Positions 62,155 through 64,000 of a stretch of 64,000 nucleotides of DNA are shown here, one piece after another. Made by a program: the position numbers and the translations under genes. The notes beneath the pieces were generated by a model. It saw only the letters and a list, made by a program, of their open reading frames with translations, was not told where the DNA came from and did no database searches. This DNA comes from Eledone cirrhosa. Taxonomy: Eukaryota. How positions within the stretch are numbered: position 1 is the first letter of the stretch; every line of letters starts with the position of its first letter. Where the stretch lies: assembly GCA_964016885.1 (NCBI GenBank), contig OZ024741.1, positions 269,080,001 through 269,144,000 of the forward strand, given 5' to 3'.

Positions 62155-62420
62155 TAGACGCTTTCGCAGTCAGCCGTTGCAACTGGTCTCTGTTCTTCGT
62201 CATGTGTTGGAGGGTCTCGGTGTTGTGACCAGTACAGTCTTTGATGTTGTCAGATCAAGATTTCTGTGTCTGACTCTCCATCACCCTCCCTTGACTGTGC
62301 CCTGGAGGATGTATCCCACTACAAGGAGTTGTGGTGGGATACATGACCATATCAGGCAAGTTTCAGTCTGTTCACCATTACAACAATGAGTGGTTCCTGT
62401 CTGCCAGCATATTTGAGAAC
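62155..62420 (-). mobile_element. Old RTE-like LINE 3' fragment
   Basis: Minus strand gives QEPL...RLKLA*YGHVSHHNSL...QGTVKG...DNIKDCTG-like remnants. Confidence 0.6.
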
Positions 62421-62614
62421 TTCTGCCTGACAAAGCTGTTTGTTTTGTGCTCCATGTATGGGATGTTCAGCATCAACATTCTACAACCACTTAATAACTG
62501 CAAGACTAGATCTTCTCTCTGTCTCTTCTACCAATTCTAGAATGATCTACTCTTCATTGAACATGTTAAACATCACTAATGTACCCATGTCTCATCTTAC
62601 TAAATATTCTATAC

Positions 62615-63059
62615 CAGCGGTCGCCAACCAGTGGTCCAAGAGAAAATGTTGGTGGTCCGGAGAAAAATTTGGACGTTATTTGCAATTTTTATGTTTAATT
62701 AATCATAAAACAAAAATAATATTCGGTTAAAATATATTTTATAACACCCCTAAAAAATGTTTCTCCTCAGTAAAAAACTAACATCCATGAAAGAATTTTA
62801 CAAATATGTATCAGCTATTGACAATATGGCACATGTACACTTCAGTATTGTTTAATAAAATGGAAGTTCTCTGTTGCCTTTCATCCTTACGGGGTCAATA
62901 AAATAAAGTACCAGTAATGTAATGGGTAATTGCTGGCCTTGTACCAAAAGTAGAAACAATTATTTTATAAATGTATTTATCTTTTTAAAAAAATTCATAT
63001 CTGTTGTCCACAGGATTTAAAATTATGAACTTAGTGGTCCGTGAGGTCAGCAACTGCTG
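62615..63059. mobile_element. hAT MITE containing a 5'-truncated SINE (62872-62964)
   Basis: CAGCGGTCGCCAACC...CAACTGCTG with 8-bp TSD TTCTATAC. Confidence 0.85.
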
Positions 63060-63644
63060 TTCTATACAATATAGCTCTCATGTTTGTGGAAATTGTATGG
63101 CACCAGATTAGTTGCTGGGATTTCTAGTTTGTTGTCTTATTTTTCTGAATTTAAGATTGTCTTTTGTTAGGAAAATATCAATAAAGTAATTAATATTAAC
63201 ACATGGAGTTGCTTTGACTATTTGATCTATTTTGTGAATATATATTTATATAATTTATATATATATATATATATCGAAAGTATATATTGAGTTAGAAACT
63301 CACAATAGTCTTCTAAGAAATTTAGGAATGAAGGGTTTACTAATCTGTACATCCACTGAAGAGCAATCGGATTTGTAACTCTCTCCACTTTGTTGCGAAA
63401 CAGTTCTACCAAAGGCTGTCTGGATGTGTTGATAGTTATGATTCGGTTTGTATTATTTCTTAATTTATCCTTTTAACTGAGTCTAGCAAACCGTATTGTT
63501 CATAGTTAGTATCTTATTCACCCTAGAGATTTAGGTCCCTTGTGATTTGAATGCATATATGTATATATCTGTGTTTGTCTCTCTTTATTATATTAAATTG
63601 TATATATATAATTTAATAAAAAATCCTGGCAAGCTCGAATTTTT

Positions 63645-64000
63645 ATGCCAAAGATAACGACAAATTCACCTCATGCTGCCGGACGAAAGGGCAAGGCCCC
63701 CTCTTTGTTTCGGCCACGGATGGCCAACATAACCCCAACCCCATCCCCCTCACCCATCCCTGTGCCCCATCCTCCAAACACAATCCAAAACTTCAGAGTT
63801 GGTACCATAAATGTAGGCACCTTAAAAGGCCGCTCTAACGAGGTTGTAGAAATGCTTGAGCGTAAGGAGGTTGATGTTTGCTGTATCCAAGAGACCAGGT
63901 GGAGGGGCGGGTCTGCTAGATTCATTGTGGGTAAAAAACGTTGCTATAAGCTTTTCTGGGTGGGAAATGACAATGGGATAGGTGGGTAGGAATCATGTTA
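63645..64000 (+). mobile_element. 5' part of RTE-clade LINE (APE endonuclease N-terminus), runs off window
   Basis: FRVGTINVGTLKGRSNEVVEMLERKEVDVCCIQETRWRG...YKLFWVG. The TAG at 63987 probably results from a frameshift. Confidence 0.8.

Noticed and set aside
63230-63500. Penelope protein remnant on the minus strand
   Set aside because: Only a vague resemblance, with no diagnostic motif.

Overview
Eukaryotic, repeat-saturated genomic DNA. It is most likely from an octopus or related cephalopod, inferred from the SINE family, the microsatellite load and the C2H2 gene style. Bases 1-2850 hold the 3' half of a decayed Ty3/gypsy element. Bases ~2850-35720 are an almost gap-free stack of non-LTR retrotransposons joined by (ATT)n/(AAT)n microsatellites. 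The stack contains Tx1-like L1-clade elements (copies A, B, C, D, a mini-element E and truncated copies), R4/Dong-like RLE elements in the opposite polarity, SINEs and an RTE tip. The rest of the window holds Penelope-type minimal hammerhead ribozymes, MITEs and foldbacks, a deleted mariner, many copies of one tRNA-derived SINE, RTE fragments, a CRE-clade retrotransposon, one host C2H2 zinc-finger exon and a 41-bp minisatellite. The main observations are: (i) Tx1, Dong and the SINE all sit in ATT repeats with consistent strand polarity; (ii) the SINE's 3' terminus resembles the Tx1 3' terminus, which points to Tx1 as its partner LINE; (iii) all four Tx1 ORF1/ORF2 junctions carry GTAAGT 39-40 nt upstream of the ORF2 ATG, in different reading phases; (iv) several recombinant elements have readable junctions. 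All alignments were done by eye and boundaries are approximate.
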